A stretch of DNA of 42,717 bases from a virus (IMGVR_UViG_3300014208_001436:1-42717); one strand, 5' to 3'. Shown: positions 8,871 through 19,540, counted from the first letter of the stretch. The notes: generated by a model not told the origin, from the sequence alone. Program-made: numbers and translations.

Positions 8871-9174
8871 TGTCGTCTCCTATGGGCGGCTTGTGGTTCC
8901 CATTGCCGTTCCCGTTTTTAACTTTCTCGTAGGTTTTGGTTAAGACATAGCCAGTGAAGATAACCGATACCACGCCTCCGGTTACTGTTACCACCGTGGT
9001 GATAGCGTCCGGGTGGTAAAGCACTGTCCAGACGCAAATCCAGGCATAGAGGGCCATGTAGACGTAGTTCCAGAGAGTCCTGAGCGACTTTAAATCCCGT
9101 ATCAGATTCTGCGCGAAATCGCTTTTAAGGGTCTTTCGTGCAAATGAGAGGGTGAGTCGCCGTATTCTATCCAT
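8854..9174 (-). CDS. Putative holin
   Basis: 106 aa, two hydrophobic segments, basic N-terminus, directly after endolysin. Confidence 0.65.
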   Translation of the reverse strand: MDRIRRLTLSFARKTLKSDFAQNLIRDLKSLRTLWNYVYMALYAWICVWTVLYHPDAITTVVTVTGGVVSVIFTGYVLTKTYEKVKNGNGNGNHKPPIGDDNGASD

Positions 9175-9746
9175 CAGAGTTCACTCCGGAAAAGTTCCAT
9201 GTCCCAGCATTTGCCAGGGCAGGTCTTTTGTCTGGGTACTCCAAGCCGGTCAAACACCTCTCGGTGGCCGATTATATGGCTTGCCGGGATGTGGAATGCT
9301 TCCATAAAGGTGCGCGTAAGCCGCAGGTTAAACTCCCAGTGTTCCGGCTTGGGGGGAGAATTGTCAAAATCGCCCACTGCGCATAGGCCCAGGTATTCCG
9401 TATTGTAAAGATTGGAGGCGTTTTTAACCCCGGCGTGTGCTCCTATCTGGCTAAGTGGGCGGCCCCAGTTGAATACAACCTGGCCGTTTACCCATTCTGT
9501 CCCGCCGTGATAGCCAATATCAGACCAAGGCGTCTGAAATGATTTTCCGATCCTGGCATCCAGCCGCCTTTTGTATTCGGCTGCGGATACAATATCGCCA
9601 TCGATGCGATATGACATGTGATAACGCCGTATCGCATCCCAGTCTCGCATTACTCCATCCGGGCTGGCCGAGTGATGCCAGACTATGCCTGACCAATTTC
9701 GGAACCGGGGCACGGCTATGTCCAATGTCAGTTTTGGTTTGTCCAT
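9174..9746 (-). CDS. Endolysin, N-acetylmuramoyl-L-alanine amidase (Amidase_2 type)
   Basis: VWHHSAS, DIGYH, GAHA, IIGHRE, KTCPG zinc-amidase motifs; GGAGGA SD before ATG 9746. Confidence 0.9.
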   Translation of the reverse strand: MDKPKLTLDIAVPRFRNWSGIVWHHSASPDGVMRDWDAIRRYHMSYRIDGDIVSAAEYKRRLDARIGKSFQTPWSDIGYHGGTEWVNGQVVFNWGRPLSQIGAHAGVKNASNLYNTEYLGLCAVGDFDNSPPKPEHWEFNLRLTRTFMEAFHIPASHIIGHREVFDRLGVPRQKTCPGKCWDMELFRSEL

Positions 9747-9794
9747 TTTATCCTCCACTACCAACAAACGGTATTTTTTCCGATTTTGACACAC

Positions 9795-12194
9795 TTATAT
9801 TTCAGTTACTTCGGCCTCAATGGTGTGCCCGGCTGGTTTGAATACATCGGTATAGGCATACGGTAGGGCTTCTATCTTCCAGCCAACGTCGAACAGTTCT
9901 CGTGGCCTGGCATTTGGCTCCGGCCAGAATGTGACAAGCGGGTTCTGCCTGAATAACAACTCGACAGCATCTTTCGAGGCCGGGTCGGCCAGCGTTAGTC
10001 GCCACCGGCTTGCATATTTATTCTTGCCGCGATAGGCGATGAGCTTGCCGCCCAAGGTCCGGAAGCTGCCAGATTCAAAAAGCTCGCGTTGCGGTGAATA
10101 TGACTCAAAATTAGGCAACGCAAGGAGTATCTGCCCGCAGTACAACTCGCCGATCTTCTTGTTCTGGTTGGCCGTCTTTGTGGTCTTTACCTCCAGCTGG
10201 ATGACCGGGGTGGATAGCGCATTGAACGGAATTATCACGTCGTCGTCCAGTATCTCGCCGTCAAACAGTGTCGTGCTCCCGGAATAGACTCGCAGCCCTT
10301 TAATATTGGCGTTGCGCATGATGATGCAGTTTACATTGCGCAGTTCATTACCGCCGCCAGGCCCGAGAAATGTGACCTGTAGTGTTACAGGCGTCGAGTC
10401 TGATGCGTTTAGCGAAGTCCATTGTGTGTCCACATCGCCGTCAATGAGCTTTTTGGTATTGGCTGTTTCGCTTAACCCTTCCTCGCTGGAGGTGACCATA
10501 GCCAGCCCCGGTCCTGTCTCGTCTATGGACAGGATTATCGGCTGGTCATCCTCAACAGCGGCCATAGTCGAGGTAAAGTCAAACGAGTTTAGTGTCGGCC
10601 CTGGACTGGCCTTGATGAACTCAAGCTGGGTTTCGAATATCGTGGCCTGCGGCAAGGTCAACTGTCCCGTTTCCTTGCTGCCATTTGTGGTCGTCGCTAT
10701 CGACTCGCCAAAGGACTGCGCCTGCACTTCTTCAAGGCTGTTGCCTGCTCGCACGCGCACGTTTATCTTACTGCCTGGCGCAGGCAGGGTTCGGTCCAGC
10801 GTGAATCCGCTTACCCTATGCTTCTGCGCGAAAGTATGCCGCAGCGTAACGTGCCCGGAGTCTGCCTCCACCGGAGTGCCGGACAGCTTGAAATAATCGA
10901 ACCGGAAGCGTGAGGCATACATCTGGTCGGAATTGCCGATATCGAGGAATCGGCTGCCCGATAGGGTTCTGACAATCGGCGAGTCCGTTGTCTCAAGAAC
11001 GACCTGCGCCGGATCGTCATTTTTGATGACCTTCATCCTTATCGTCCCCAGCGGGCCCTGCGTGACGTATAGGGTAAAGGCCATGCTTATCGTATTGACG
11101 GGGAATAGCACGGTGGGGGAGGCGCGGTTAAAAGTTACCCAGGCCGAGCCGTTCCAGGTGTATTCCTGCCCGCCTGCGGCGACGACCACCGGCGTAAAGG
11201 AAACCGTGCTGTTGCCCGGCGATGTCGAGACAAGCAACTCCCATAGCAGGATGGCGTTTTTGTTCGCTATGGGCAGCGTTGACGGTATTGGGTTCGCCTG
11301 TAAGATGCCGAAGCCCCACTTGGCCGTGCTTGGCGTGGCAGCCGCACCGTAGCGGTTGAACAGGAACCGTGTTTCACACTCCATTGAGTTTAGCGCCGAG
11401 TTCCGTATGGTCTCGATATTTTTGGGGGATGTCTCCGACGTGTAGTCGAAGTCAAGGTAACCGCCTGCCTCTGGTGGGTCCGCTGTGCCGGGCGGGGACG
11501 TGCCCCATAGCTGGAAGTGGAAATCTATCAGGTCTTTCAGGTCCATCCCTACCACTTCCCAGATGTAATTCCATGAGCCAGAGCTATAAAAGCTCGGCCT
11601 GCCAGAGCTGTAAGGGCTTAATGGACTGCTCATCTGCGCGCCCCATTGGATGACATTCGGATAAGTATGTGACGCCCAGGTGGCCCGCAGGACGATGGCA
11701 TAAGGGATATTCGCCTGCAGCGCGACTGGTGTAGAGAACGTGAACGTCACTGCACCCTCGGTCGTGGGGACGGTGGAGGCGGCAACCGACTGCGAGGTCC
11801 CGAGTATGGTGGAGGTCGGCAGTGAATAAGCCGTGGCGGTGCGTATCTCTACCATGAGATTCTCGCCGGAGACGAATGTGCCGAATCTACGCAGGGGCAG
11901 GGTCACCTTGGTCACGTTCTTGGCGCGCGCATAAGTGAACGCCTGCGCGTGCGAAATGCCGTTTATCTCAAAGAAGCGGTTAAGCACCCCGACATTAAAA
12001 AGCTGTTCGAATACGGCTTCGGTCTGCGGCACTTCCTTCCAAAGTGGGTCCTTGACGCCGTCGTTGAAATCGTCGGCTGTCATAAGCGGATAGGTCATGG
12101 CCAGTTTTATAGGCATGGCGGAAACGTCAATATTGGCGTTCTCGACATTTGCCTGGAACTGGCCTGCGCTATTGAATATGCGTTTGACGGACAC
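9795..12194 (-). CDS. Tail tip protein, 799 aa, beta-rich, with Dit-like C-terminal region
   Basis: Position after tape measure; S/T/G-rich beta domains; discoidin-like LIDGDVDTQWTS segment; GGAGG SD. Confidence 0.65.
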   Translation of the reverse strand: MSVKRIFNSAGQFQANVENANIDVSAMPIKLAMTYPLMTADDFNDGVKDPLWKEVPQTEAVFEQLFNVGVLNRFFEINGISHAQAFTYARAKNVTKVTLPLRRFGTFVSGENLMVEIRTATAYSLPTSTILGTSQSVAASTVPTTEGAVTFTFSTPVALQANIPYAIVLRATWASHTYPNVIQWGAQMSSPLSPYSSGRPSFYSSGSWNYIWEVVGMDLKDLIDFHFQLWGTSPPGTADPPEAGGYLDFDYTSETSPKNIETIRNSALNSMECETRFLFNRYGAAATPSTAKWGFGILQANPIPSTLPIANKNAILLWELLVSTSPGNSTVSFTPVVVAAGGQEYTWNGSAWVTFNRASPTVLFPVNTISMAFTLYVTQGPLGTIRMKVIKNDDPAQVVLETTDSPIVRTLSGSRFLDIGNSDQMYASRFRFDYFKLSGTPVEADSGHVTLRHTFAQKHRVSGFTLDRTLPAPGSKINVRVRAGNSLEEVQAQSFGESIATTTNGSKETGQLTLPQATIFETQLEFIKASPGPTLNSFDFTSTMAAVEDDQPIILSIDETGPGLAMVTSSEEGLSETANTKKLIDGDVDTQWTSLNASDSTPVTLQVTFLGPGGGNELRNVNCIIMRNANIKGLRVYSGSTTLFDGEILDDDVIIPFNALSTPVIQLEVKTTKTANQNKKIGELYCGQILLALPNFESYSPQRELFESGSFRTLGGKLIAYRGKNKYASRWRLTLADPASKDAVELLFRQNPLVTFWPEPNARPRELFDVGWKIEALPYAYTDVFKPAGHTIEAEVTEI

Positions 12195-12195
12195 T

Positions 12196-14937
12196 TTATA
12201 CCTCCAGTAAATCCAGCTCGGTTCTGAACTCCATCAGGTCATGCGCTATGCCGAGCACTCGCGCGTCGAAAGTCTGTCCTATGCGCCGGGGCTCGGGTAC
12301 GCTGAAAGTCACGCGATCCCCCAGCTCAAGCTCGGGCATAAAGCGTGCGGTAAGCGTTACCCGGCGTTTGGGTTCCTTGTAACGGCTGAAATAGCGCTTT
12401 GCCATGACCGAGGCCAGGTCCACATCGGTCTGATAGGTCAGGCTGCCTCCGCCGATGGCCAGCGGCCTTACGCCGAAGCGCTGGCTGGAAGTCGGCGCGG
12501 CCTCGCCTTCGGTGGCGGAATCAGCTGTTTTAACGAATTGCCCGAAGCTGGCCCGGATGCTGTTGTTAACCCTGTCCCAGCCAGGCGAGATGCTTTGCAC
12601 CTTCTCGATATTGGTGCCGTCCAGCGTCAACACGGGCGTCGCGCCCGCCGCCTTGTTCCTGAAGAAAAACCTGCCGTTTCCATCCATTCCTATCTCGAAG
12701 TCGGCCAGCCATGCCAGCTCTTTGATGACCGCCAGCACCGACCGGCTGGCGAAATTAGCCATTGAGACCAGCACGTTCCGGGTGGTGAGCGTGATAACGC
12801 TGAGGCGATGGACCGGAGGAATTATGCCGGAGGTGTTCATAAGCGTTATAAACGCCATCCTGGCGGGCAGTGGGAAGCCCATTGAGACCGCAAATTCGTC
12901 GGAGATTATCGTGTCGCCCGGGCCGATAGCCCTGTGGAAGCTAAAACCGGACATGCTGGCAGCCTCGGCCGCCGTGAACCGCTGGATGGTTCCGTTATTT
13001 GCCTCTGTGACCGCTTTCCAGGTATCCCAGGACACTATCCCGGAACCGCCGTCTATAAGCGGCGATTCCGCTATGGCGGGCAGCCAGAGCCGCTTTATGC
13101 CGTAAGGCAGGGATTCCAGCGTGTCAGTAAGTGCGATCCTGACCTTGATGTATCTGGGGGACTGGACGTTCGTCCAGTTGCCGACGTTTCCGCCATTGGA
13201 TACGGCGGTCTCGGCCGAGTAGCTGTAATCGTCCGCGCTCCATGAATAGTAGAACTGCGCGCCGGATGCGGCTCCCTGCAGTTCTGCGAAGAATGGCCCC
13301 AGCGTGTTTATCAACGAGAAAGTCGTCAGCCCGGCCAACTGCACGCCATAATCGACCTTTAGGGTCAACACGCCGGTTGCGGGCGTTGGATTTACGCCGT
13401 TAAAGCGCAGGAAATCGATATGGAACGTGTTCGAGCCGCTGGACTGCAGCCGGATGCCAGCCGAGCCGCTTGAAAACGCGCCCAGCGTTCCGGACAAAAC
13501 CTGCGTGCCGTCTACGAACAGTGCCCATGTGCCGGAGGATACGCTTGCCAGCGTAAGCGCCAGGCGGAACGTGTGGAATTGTGTCAGATCGACGGAATAC
13601 TGCGAACTGGCGCTGGCCGAACGCACGCGCACGCGGTTCAAATTGAGAAACTCTATCTGCGCGCCGAGATATGGCGAGGCCGGTACCATGGTGACGAGCG
13701 TTACCGTGCCGCTCAGTGAGCTGAACCGTATGCGGGCGCAGACGCAGCGGGACAGTGTAAATTCCTCGGCGGTGTTCTGCAGCACATAATCCGAGCCGCC
13801 CGGATGCGTAACGGTTCTCACGCTGCCGGATAAGGTCGCCGTGGTGCCGGAGGGGAGAAACTCAAACCACGGGAACGCACCATTGCCTTCGACTATCCAT
13901 TTCTCCTGTGCGGGTTCATAGTCGGCCTCGTACTGCGCGGTCCAGCGCGGGTGGATACCGTTGGCTATGCGGTAAAAATTAATGCGGCTGCTGCTGAGCG
14001 CCGCCTGCCATTTAGCAGCCGTGTCGTATGGGTCTATCGTAAGCTGCCCGTCGCCTTCGGGCGGGTCGGCTTCCGGTGTGATGACCGCCCGGCGCAGGCT
14101 GTAAGGCGTGAAATCACCTATACAGGTGTGCAGCAGTTCCCGCTGGGCAGGCGGCTCGAAGTTCACGGTCTCAACCGACAGCTTCTGCACCTGCGGGACG
14201 CTGTTCAGCAGGTCGTTTACAATATCGTGTATCTGCCGGTCGCGTTTCCATGCGATATAGTCTGCCCGCACCTCTGCGCCCGAGGCCGGTTGGATGGCGT
14301 CAAAGCTTAGTTTTGCCTTCTTCTGCGGGTCGTTGAGGTTCGCTGCCGTCCATCTGGTGCCCGGCCTCAACGCCGTACCGCCTTCCCGTACTTCTTTAAC
14401 CACTCCGGCCGGAGTCTGGGCTAGTTCGAATTCCGATTGCAGGCCGTCGCCTATGCCGAGCAGCTCGTTTGAAATCGGAATTGCCGCCTTGTCGGCATCA
14501 GCATCCTCGAGTAACTGGTCTATTGATTGCACCTCCAGTTGCAGTTTAGGCGCACCAGAATCCTCAACCGCGTCCTCAATAACACCGGTAAAGACCGAAA
14601 AGACCTCGTCTGCCCCGACTACTTTGAGGCCAAGCGATATCCTAAGCTGCGACCGATAGCGCAGGAATCCTGCGAACCGGCCTGTTGAGCCATCCTCCCA
14701 CAGGCGGTTGGAATTATTGACCTCAATACGGATATTGGAGGCCTTGTATTCGTTCAGCGCGTCGGTATCCAGCTTCCAGGATAGCCTGTCCAGCCGGACG
14801 ATCTCGGCGGTCACGTCTATGGGCGTGCTCTCCCAGCCCGAGCCGTCGGCCAGCCTTCTATAAAGCTCCACCTTCCTGACCGGGTAGATCAGGTTTGACG
14901 ACTGCGCCGCTTTGTATGCCTGTGAGACTGTTTTCAT
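12196..14937 (-). CDS. Tail tip/hub protein, 913 aa
   Basis: Directly after tape measure; hub-like segments IGMDGNGRFFFRNK and PELELGDRVTF. Confidence 0.7.
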   Translation of the reverse strand: MKTVSQAYKAAQSSNLIYPVRKVELYRRLADGSGWESTPIDVTAEIVRLDRLSWKLDTDALNEYKASNIRIEVNNSNRLWEDGSTGRFAGFLRYRSQLRISLGLKVVGADEVFSVFTGVIEDAVEDSGAPKLQLEVQSIDQLLEDADADKAAIPISNELLGIGDGLQSEFELAQTPAGVVKEVREGGTALRPGTRWTAANLNDPQKKAKLSFDAIQPASGAEVRADYIAWKRDRQIHDIVNDLLNSVPQVQKLSVETVNFEPPAQRELLHTCIGDFTPYSLRRAVITPEADPPEGDGQLTIDPYDTAAKWQAALSSSRINFYRIANGIHPRWTAQYEADYEPAQEKWIVEGNGAFPWFEFLPSGTTATLSGSVRTVTHPGGSDYVLQNTAEEFTLSRCVCARIRFSSLSGTVTLVTMVPASPYLGAQIEFLNLNRVRVRSASASSQYSVDLTQFHTFRLALTLASVSSGTWALFVDGTQVLSGTLGAFSSGSAGIRLQSSGSNTFHIDFLRFNGVNPTPATGVLTLKVDYGVQLAGLTTFSLINTLGPFFAELQGAASGAQFYYSWSADDYSYSAETAVSNGGNVGNWTNVQSPRYIKVRIALTDTLESLPYGIKRLWLPAIAESPLIDGGSGIVSWDTWKAVTEANNGTIQRFTAAEAASMSGFSFHRAIGPGDTIISDEFAVSMGFPLPARMAFITLMNTSGIIPPVHRLSVITLTTRNVLVSMANFASRSVLAVIKELAWLADFEIGMDGNGRFFFRNKAAGATPVLTLDGTNIEKVQSISPGWDRVNNSIRASFGQFVKTADSATEGEAAPTSSQRFGVRPLAIGGGSLTYQTDVDLASVMAKRYFSRYKEPKRRVTLTARFMPELELGDRVTFSVPEPRRIGQTFDARVLGIAHDLMEFRTELDLLEV

Positions 14938-16883
14938 ACTGATTCCCGCGATAATCGTCCCTGCTTGGCCAGGATAGACTTAACCAACTCCGCGCCCTCT
15001 GCCGCGCCGGAACGCGTGGCCTCCGATATCCGGCGCATTAATTGCCGGACCTGCTCATCGCCCATGCCGGAGATCGTTATATTGTTATGCTGCGTGACCG
15101 AGACGCTTATGCCTCCGCCATAATTCCCCAACTGGTTAAGCGGTATGACTGCCTCCGGCCCGCTTTCTGCGATGGTAGCCAGGACAGGCTTTGTGACTAT
15201 TGCGCCTTCAGCGAAACCGAAAATCTTCTTCAAGCCTTTAGATACAGATGGCGCGACAGCCATGAACCCAGCAGCTAAAAGCCCGCCACCCATTCCGCCT
15301 GCTGCGCTTCCTGACGAGACTGCGGAATCTGCCAGAGCCCGCTCAACAGCGACGCGGGTGAATGTTTCGATTGCTGTCCTTAAGACCGTATTCATGACGG
15401 CTTTCCAGGCTTCTTCGAAGCTCTTGCCCTCCATGATCATGTCAGCTACCGCACCTGAAAACGAGGAGGCAAATGCATCTGAAACCGCTTTCTGCGTGTC
15501 GCGCACCACGATGAGGTCGGCGTTTATGGCGTCCCGCGCCTTCTGTGATTCCGCTATGGCGATGGCGGAGGCGTTCAGCCGGGCCGCCATAAGCTCGTCC
15601 TCGGTTATCAGACCTTTGTTGCGCAGATCCTCAAACATCTGGAAGCGCTGCGTTTTTTCCTGTTCGATGAGAAGCAATCTGGACTCAAGGTTCCGGCCTT
15701 CGGAATCCAGCCGTTCGGCTTCAAGCTGTATGAACTTGTCGTGTGCGTCCTGCGACTGCCGTTTCTTTTCGTCGGCCTCGCGCCGGGTTTCCTCTATCGC
15801 TTTCTGCGTAGTCCGGACTTTAAGCTCGCTCTCCTGCGTTATCAGGCTCTGGCGCTCGCCGGAATACCTGCGCTGCACCTCGGCCGCCTGCTCGACCGAC
15901 GCTTCTTCAATGGCCTGTATCTTTGTATTGGCGTCCTGCACGATATCGGGCAGGCGGCTGAACTGGCCTTTGAAGATCGCGCCCCAGCCGCGCGCGGTCT
16001 GCTCGAAGATGGCCATCGCCTTCGCGCCCCAGTTGGCGATGACCACGCCAAGCACCTCAAAGAACTGCGAGCCCTTAAGAACCGCCTCAAGAAGGAACTT
16101 GAAAACCGGCAGCACGCCCGCGCCCACCACTTCCTTGAAATCGTCCAGCCGGTTGCGCAGCGAAGCCAACTGCATGGCGAAGCCGGTCTCTTTCTCGGCC
16201 GCCCCTGCGAACCTCCGGGACAAGGCGTCCACTACGCCCTGCGCAGTATTGGCGTCGCCTATGAACGCGCCGAACTCGGTTTTTAGCGTGCGTAACCGTG
16301 TGGCGTCGCCGTTCAGTATTGGGCCCAGCAGTTCCAGTATGGTGTTTAAGTCCTTGCCTGAAGCGGAGGCGAGCCCGAACGCCAGTCTTGCGGCCTGCAT
16401 TGCCTGTCCCGCATCGCCGGTTACCCGCGTCAGCCGTCCTAAAGCCTCGTAAGTCTGTGTGTCCGAGAACCGGGTCAATGCCTGCTGCTCCTGTGCGAAT
16501 GCCGTGATGCGGTCTTTTTCTCTGGCGAACGAGCCGCCGGTAGCTTCGACCGCGAATTGGAGGCGGCGCAGGGCTTCCTCCTCGTTTAATGCCGCATCCG
16601 CCGTGGATTTGAAGAATGCCGAGATCCCCGCGACCGTGGCGAACCCGGCCAACTGGTTCATAAGCTGATTGGCCGCGCCCTGCACGGCGGTCATTGATTG
16701 CGCCGTGGAGTCTACTTTAGGGGGGAGAGCAGTGAATGCCTTATCGGCCCGTGCGGTTGATTTTTCTATGATGCCAGCGAATGTGTCGGAACGCTTCGCG
16801 GCGTCCAGCAACTGTTGAGACAGCCGTTGGATGGCGGGCGAGGCCTGGTCTACGGCCTCGAATATTACCTCGAAGCCGGCCAT
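14934..16883 (-). CDS. Tail tape measure protein
   Basis: Ala-rich coiled coil, N-terminal FEAVDQAS, C-terminal GFAEGAIV...AESGPEAVIPL. Confidence 0.88.
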   Translation of the reverse strand: MAGFEVIFEAVDQASPAIQRLSQQLLDAAKRSDTFAGIIEKSTARADKAFTALPPKVDSTAQSMTAVQGAANQLMNQLAGFATVAGISAFFKSTADAALNEEEALRRLQFAVEATGGSFAREKDRITAFAQEQQALTRFSDTQTYEALGRLTRVTGDAGQAMQAARLAFGLASASGKDLNTILELLGPILNGDATRLRTLKTEFGAFIGDANTAQGVVDALSRRFAGAAEKETGFAMQLASLRNRLDDFKEVVGAGVLPVFKFLLEAVLKGSQFFEVLGVVIANWGAKAMAIFEQTARGWGAIFKGQFSRLPDIVQDANTKIQAIEEASVEQAAEVQRRYSGERQSLITQESELKVRTTQKAIEETRREADEKKRQSQDAHDKFIQLEAERLDSEGRNLESRLLLIEQEKTQRFQMFEDLRNKGLITEDELMAARLNASAIAIAESQKARDAINADLIVVRDTQKAVSDAFASSFSGAVADMIMEGKSFEEAWKAVMNTVLRTAIETFTRVAVERALADSAVSSGSAAGGMGGGLLAAGFMAVAPSVSKGLKKIFGFAEGAIVTKPVLATIAESGPEAVIPLNQLGNYGGGISVSVTQHNNITISGMGDEQVRQLMRRISEATRSGAAEGAELVKSILAKQGRLSRESV

Positions 16884-16886
16884 GAG

Positions 16887-17270
16887 TTAAGCCTCCCTGG
16901 TTATGGCATCAAGCGTGAAATTTATTATCTCGACATAGAGTCCTACCGCCAGCGCGTAATCGGCCAGCACGTCGTCCACCGGGACGGCATTCTTGTCCTC
17001 GTCTCCCACGCATATCTTGGGCGACAGGACGCCGTATAAGAGCACGCGCCGGAACTGCGGCAGCCTGGGATTGGCGATAAGCTCGTTCATGCGCTTGGCG
17101 AGCGCGTCTTTGCCCTGCCGGGCGAGCGTCCAGAAATCGGCGCTTTCGTCGCCAAGGAATAACAGCGGCACCCGGCGTATTCTGAACGCCAGGCCGCAAA
17201 CTTCGACTGTTTTCTCGCGGTTCAGCCGGGCTTTAAGCTCGGCTGCCGTTATCGGCTCGTTCATGTTCAA
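16887..17270 (-). CDS. Tail assembly chaperone (putative)
   Basis: Between tail tube and tape measure genes. Confidence 0.6.
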   Translation of the reverse strand: MNMNEPITAAELKARLNREKTVEVCGLAFRIRRVPLLFLGDESADFWTLARQGKDALAKRMNELIANPRLPQFRRVLLYGVLSPKICVGDEDKNAVPVDDVLADYALAVGLYVEIINFTLDAITREA

Positions 17271-18229
17271 TACCCCGTTACCGCGTTAGTGAGAATCGCC
17301 TGCAGGCTGTAACCCAGAGCCGGGTCCAGTTCGGCCTGGAATGTCACGGCTGAGCCGAACAGCCCTTCCAGCGCGCCGAATGCATAGGCGGTATACTTGG
17401 CCTTCGGGATGCTCAGTTCCAGCTTGTTTTTAAACGTATCCTCGATAATATCTCCTGTGAGGGCGATGTCTATGGCCTGCGGCAGATTGTCGATAAACTT
17501 CTGGCGGTTGGCCTCGGTCTCAAAGAATATCTCGTAGCCGCCCTCGATGACGAATCTGCCGGAGGACACGATATCCCTGGCGTCCCGCGACTGGTTAAGC
17601 GTTCTGTGCGGTGCGGAGGCGTTGTCTACACTGAGTGTCCAGCTTCTGACGTCCTGGTTCAGTACGCCGTCCAGTTTGAACTCGGTCTGGAAGAACATTA
17701 AAGGCTTAGGCGCGCCGTAAACCGCCGAGAACGCGGCAGCCGCCTCCTCGGATTTGAAGAGCACCTCAGCCTCCACCTGCCCTTTGCCGTCCACCGAGCC
17801 CGCCAGTGTCAACTTTTTGATGACCGTAAGCGGGTATCGTTTGACGCCCAGTCCGAGATCGGCAAAATAGGTAAATGACGGGAACTGGACGCGGTTGTCG
17901 GGCTTGAAAGTATGCCTGAACACGGTCGGTGAGTTGCCAGCGTCCGGCTGTGCAGTCGTAACCTTGCCGAGACACCCGAGCAGCAGATCACCTACGGTAT
18001 CCGCTTCAAGGTCGATGGCGGGCAGTTTGCCGCCGCCTTCGCGTACTCCGGCGGCCGAGGGGAACGCCTCCTTGGTGCCGCGTATCTTGTCGTCGGCTAT
18101 GAGCAGCGATTTATAGTCCAGCAGCGCTTCCGCGCCGACTGCCAGAAACTTCTGCGGTGCGGCCTCGGCTATTCCGCGCGTGGCTTCCTTCTTGAAGCCA
18201 TATTTCCGGTTCTCGATTGCATAGGGCAT
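17267..18229 (-). CDS. Tail tube (major tail) protein
   Basis: N-terminal YGFKKEATRG, FRHTFKP, beta-rich 320 aa; GGAGGA SD; position. Confidence 0.8.
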   Translation of the reverse strand: MPYAIENRKYGFKKEATRGIAEAAPQKFLAVGAEALLDYKSLLIADDKIRGTKEAFPSAAGVREGGGKLPAIDLEADTVGDLLLGCLGKVTTAQPDAGNSPTVFRHTFKPDNRVQFPSFTYFADLGLGVKRYPLTVIKKLTLAGSVDGKGQVEAEVLFKSEEAAAAFSAVYGAPKPLMFFQTEFKLDGVLNQDVRSWTLSVDNASAPHRTLNQSRDARDIVSSGRFVIEGGYEIFFETEANRQKFIDNLPQAIDIALTGDIIEDTFKNKLELSIPKAKYTAYAFGALEGLFGSAVTFQAELDPALGYSLQAILTNAVTGY

Positions 18230-18240
18230 ATATTCCTCCG

Positions 18241-18732
18241 TTACTTGCGGCTTGTCGTTTCCACTGTAAATATCAGCGCGGTTGCCGTCATATTGGCGTT
18301 TATGGTGGCGACCAGGTTATCTTCGGGCGGTTCCCATTCGATGGCCTTAAGGCTTGAGAATAATACCTGTCCGTTTGGTAATGCCAGGCCGCCAAGGTCC
18401 ACGTTATCTATGAGCAGTTCAGCCAGCTTCTGCGTCTCAAGGGTCTTTAGCCTGACTATCTCTTCGGCCGGGCCGAACGGCTTTACGAACACCAGCCGGA
18501 AGTGATAGACGATGCGATACGTCTGGCCGGTGGTTATGCGCTCAAGATTGGTCGCGGGTGCCGGTTTTACGAATACCGCCGGTACATTGTCGGCCAAAGT
18601 CTCCAGCGCGGGGAAAAACTCCAGCGCGCCTATGGCGACCACCTTGAGCCCCATCGCGTCCGACAGGTTCTGGTCGATAAGTCCGACTATGCGCTCGGCT
18701 ATGAGCGTCTCATGGAGGCGTGGTGCGCTCAT
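18241..18732 (-). CDS. Tail terminator/completion protein (putative)
   Basis: Position between gp10-like and tail tube; PAVFV motif. Confidence 0.55.
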   Translation of the reverse strand: MSAPRLHETLIAERIVGLIDQNLSDAMGLKVVAIGALEFFPALETLADNVPAVFVKPAPATNLERITTGQTYRIVYHFRLVFVKPFGPAEEIVRLKTLETQKLAELLIDNVDLGGLALPNGQVLFSSLKAIEWEPPEDNLVATINANMTATALIFTVETTSRK

Positions 18733-19220
18733 CAGGTTGCGCCTCCCGCCTGCTGCACGGCTTCCAGTATGCGCGAGTTGAAAATTGTCTGGATTCGCGG
18801 TGTCGCGCCCAATAACGCGGGCTTGAGATACGGCTGTGCCCGGAATCCGCGCCGCTTGATGGCCCGCGCGACCACAAACGCGAGGCGTTCATCGCCCAGT
18901 TTCCTCCGCGCCCATGTGCGCAGGTCGCCTGAAGGCGGCGGCATGGCGCCGGACCACGGGTTGCGGCCTTCCTCAAGCACCGAGGCATAGACTACGCCAG
19001 AGCCGACCTCGCCGGTTATACGGTTGCCTTCCTCTGAGACGTTCTGCGCTATTGAGACGCGCAGAAGCCCCCGGAAGACCGGGGCGTACAGCTTGGCGTA
19101 GCTCTGGATAAGCACGGCGGATTCGCGCATGGCCCGCACGATGGCGTTTCGCAGCCTTTGGGGAAACTGCGGCAGCAGCTTGGTCAGCTCGCCTTTTTCT
19201 TTCAGGATGATGCGGATCAC
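18732..19220 (-). CDS. HK97 gp10-like tail completion protein
   Basis: APVFRGLLRVSI, YASVLEEG, AQPYLKPA motifs. Confidence 0.8.
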   Translation of the reverse strand: MIRIILKEKGELTKLLPQFPQRLRNAIVRAMRESAVLIQSYAKLYAPVFRGLLRVSIAQNVSEEGNRITGEVGSGVVYASVLEEGRNPWSGAMPPPSGDLRTWARRKLGDERLAFVVARAIKRRGFRAQPYLKPALLGATPRIQTIFNSRILEAVQQAGGAT

Positions 19221-19540
19221 TTCTTTTCCTCCAGCATGGCTTCCAGGTGATGGTTCCAGAAATTCTTCACGTCTGTTACCAGGAACGCCTGCCCGTCAGA
19301 CTCCCGGACGACCTCATAGCTCGCTTTAAGCTCGGTCGGGTTCAGGAACAGCCTGAACGAGCCTTTTGGCGTCTGGCCCAGCACGTTCCGGCTTGTCGCC
19401 GTCCCGCCCGGGTTGAACCGGGCTTTAACGCCGGTGGCGACTATCTCATAGCTGAACACCGGCTGTTTGGTGCCGGTTGCGAACTGCCGGACTGGCTTGC
19501 GGATGGTGATTGTTTCGCTCAGCAGCCGCTTTCCAATCAT
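19217..19540 (-). CDS. Head closure protein (putative)
   Basis: Position; ATG 19540 overlaps upstream stop (ATGA). Confidence 0.6.
   Translation of the reverse strand: MIGKRLLSETITIRKPVRQFATGTKQPVFSYEIVATGVKARFNPGGTATSRNVLGQTPKGSFRLFLNPTELKASYEVVRESDGQAFLVTDVKNFWNHHLEAMLEEKK

Noticed and set aside
15145-16452. Long plus-strand ORFs antisense to structural genes (also 24894..26033, 32293..33045, 35455..36150)
   Set aside because: Shadow ORFs of GC-rich coding sequence, Ser/Ala-rich with no motifs.
16887-17270. Programmed frameshift in the tail chaperone (lambda G/GT type)
   Set aside because: The chaperone stop is 3 nt from the tape measure start, leaving no room for a T extension, and I saw no convincing slippery heptamer near its end.
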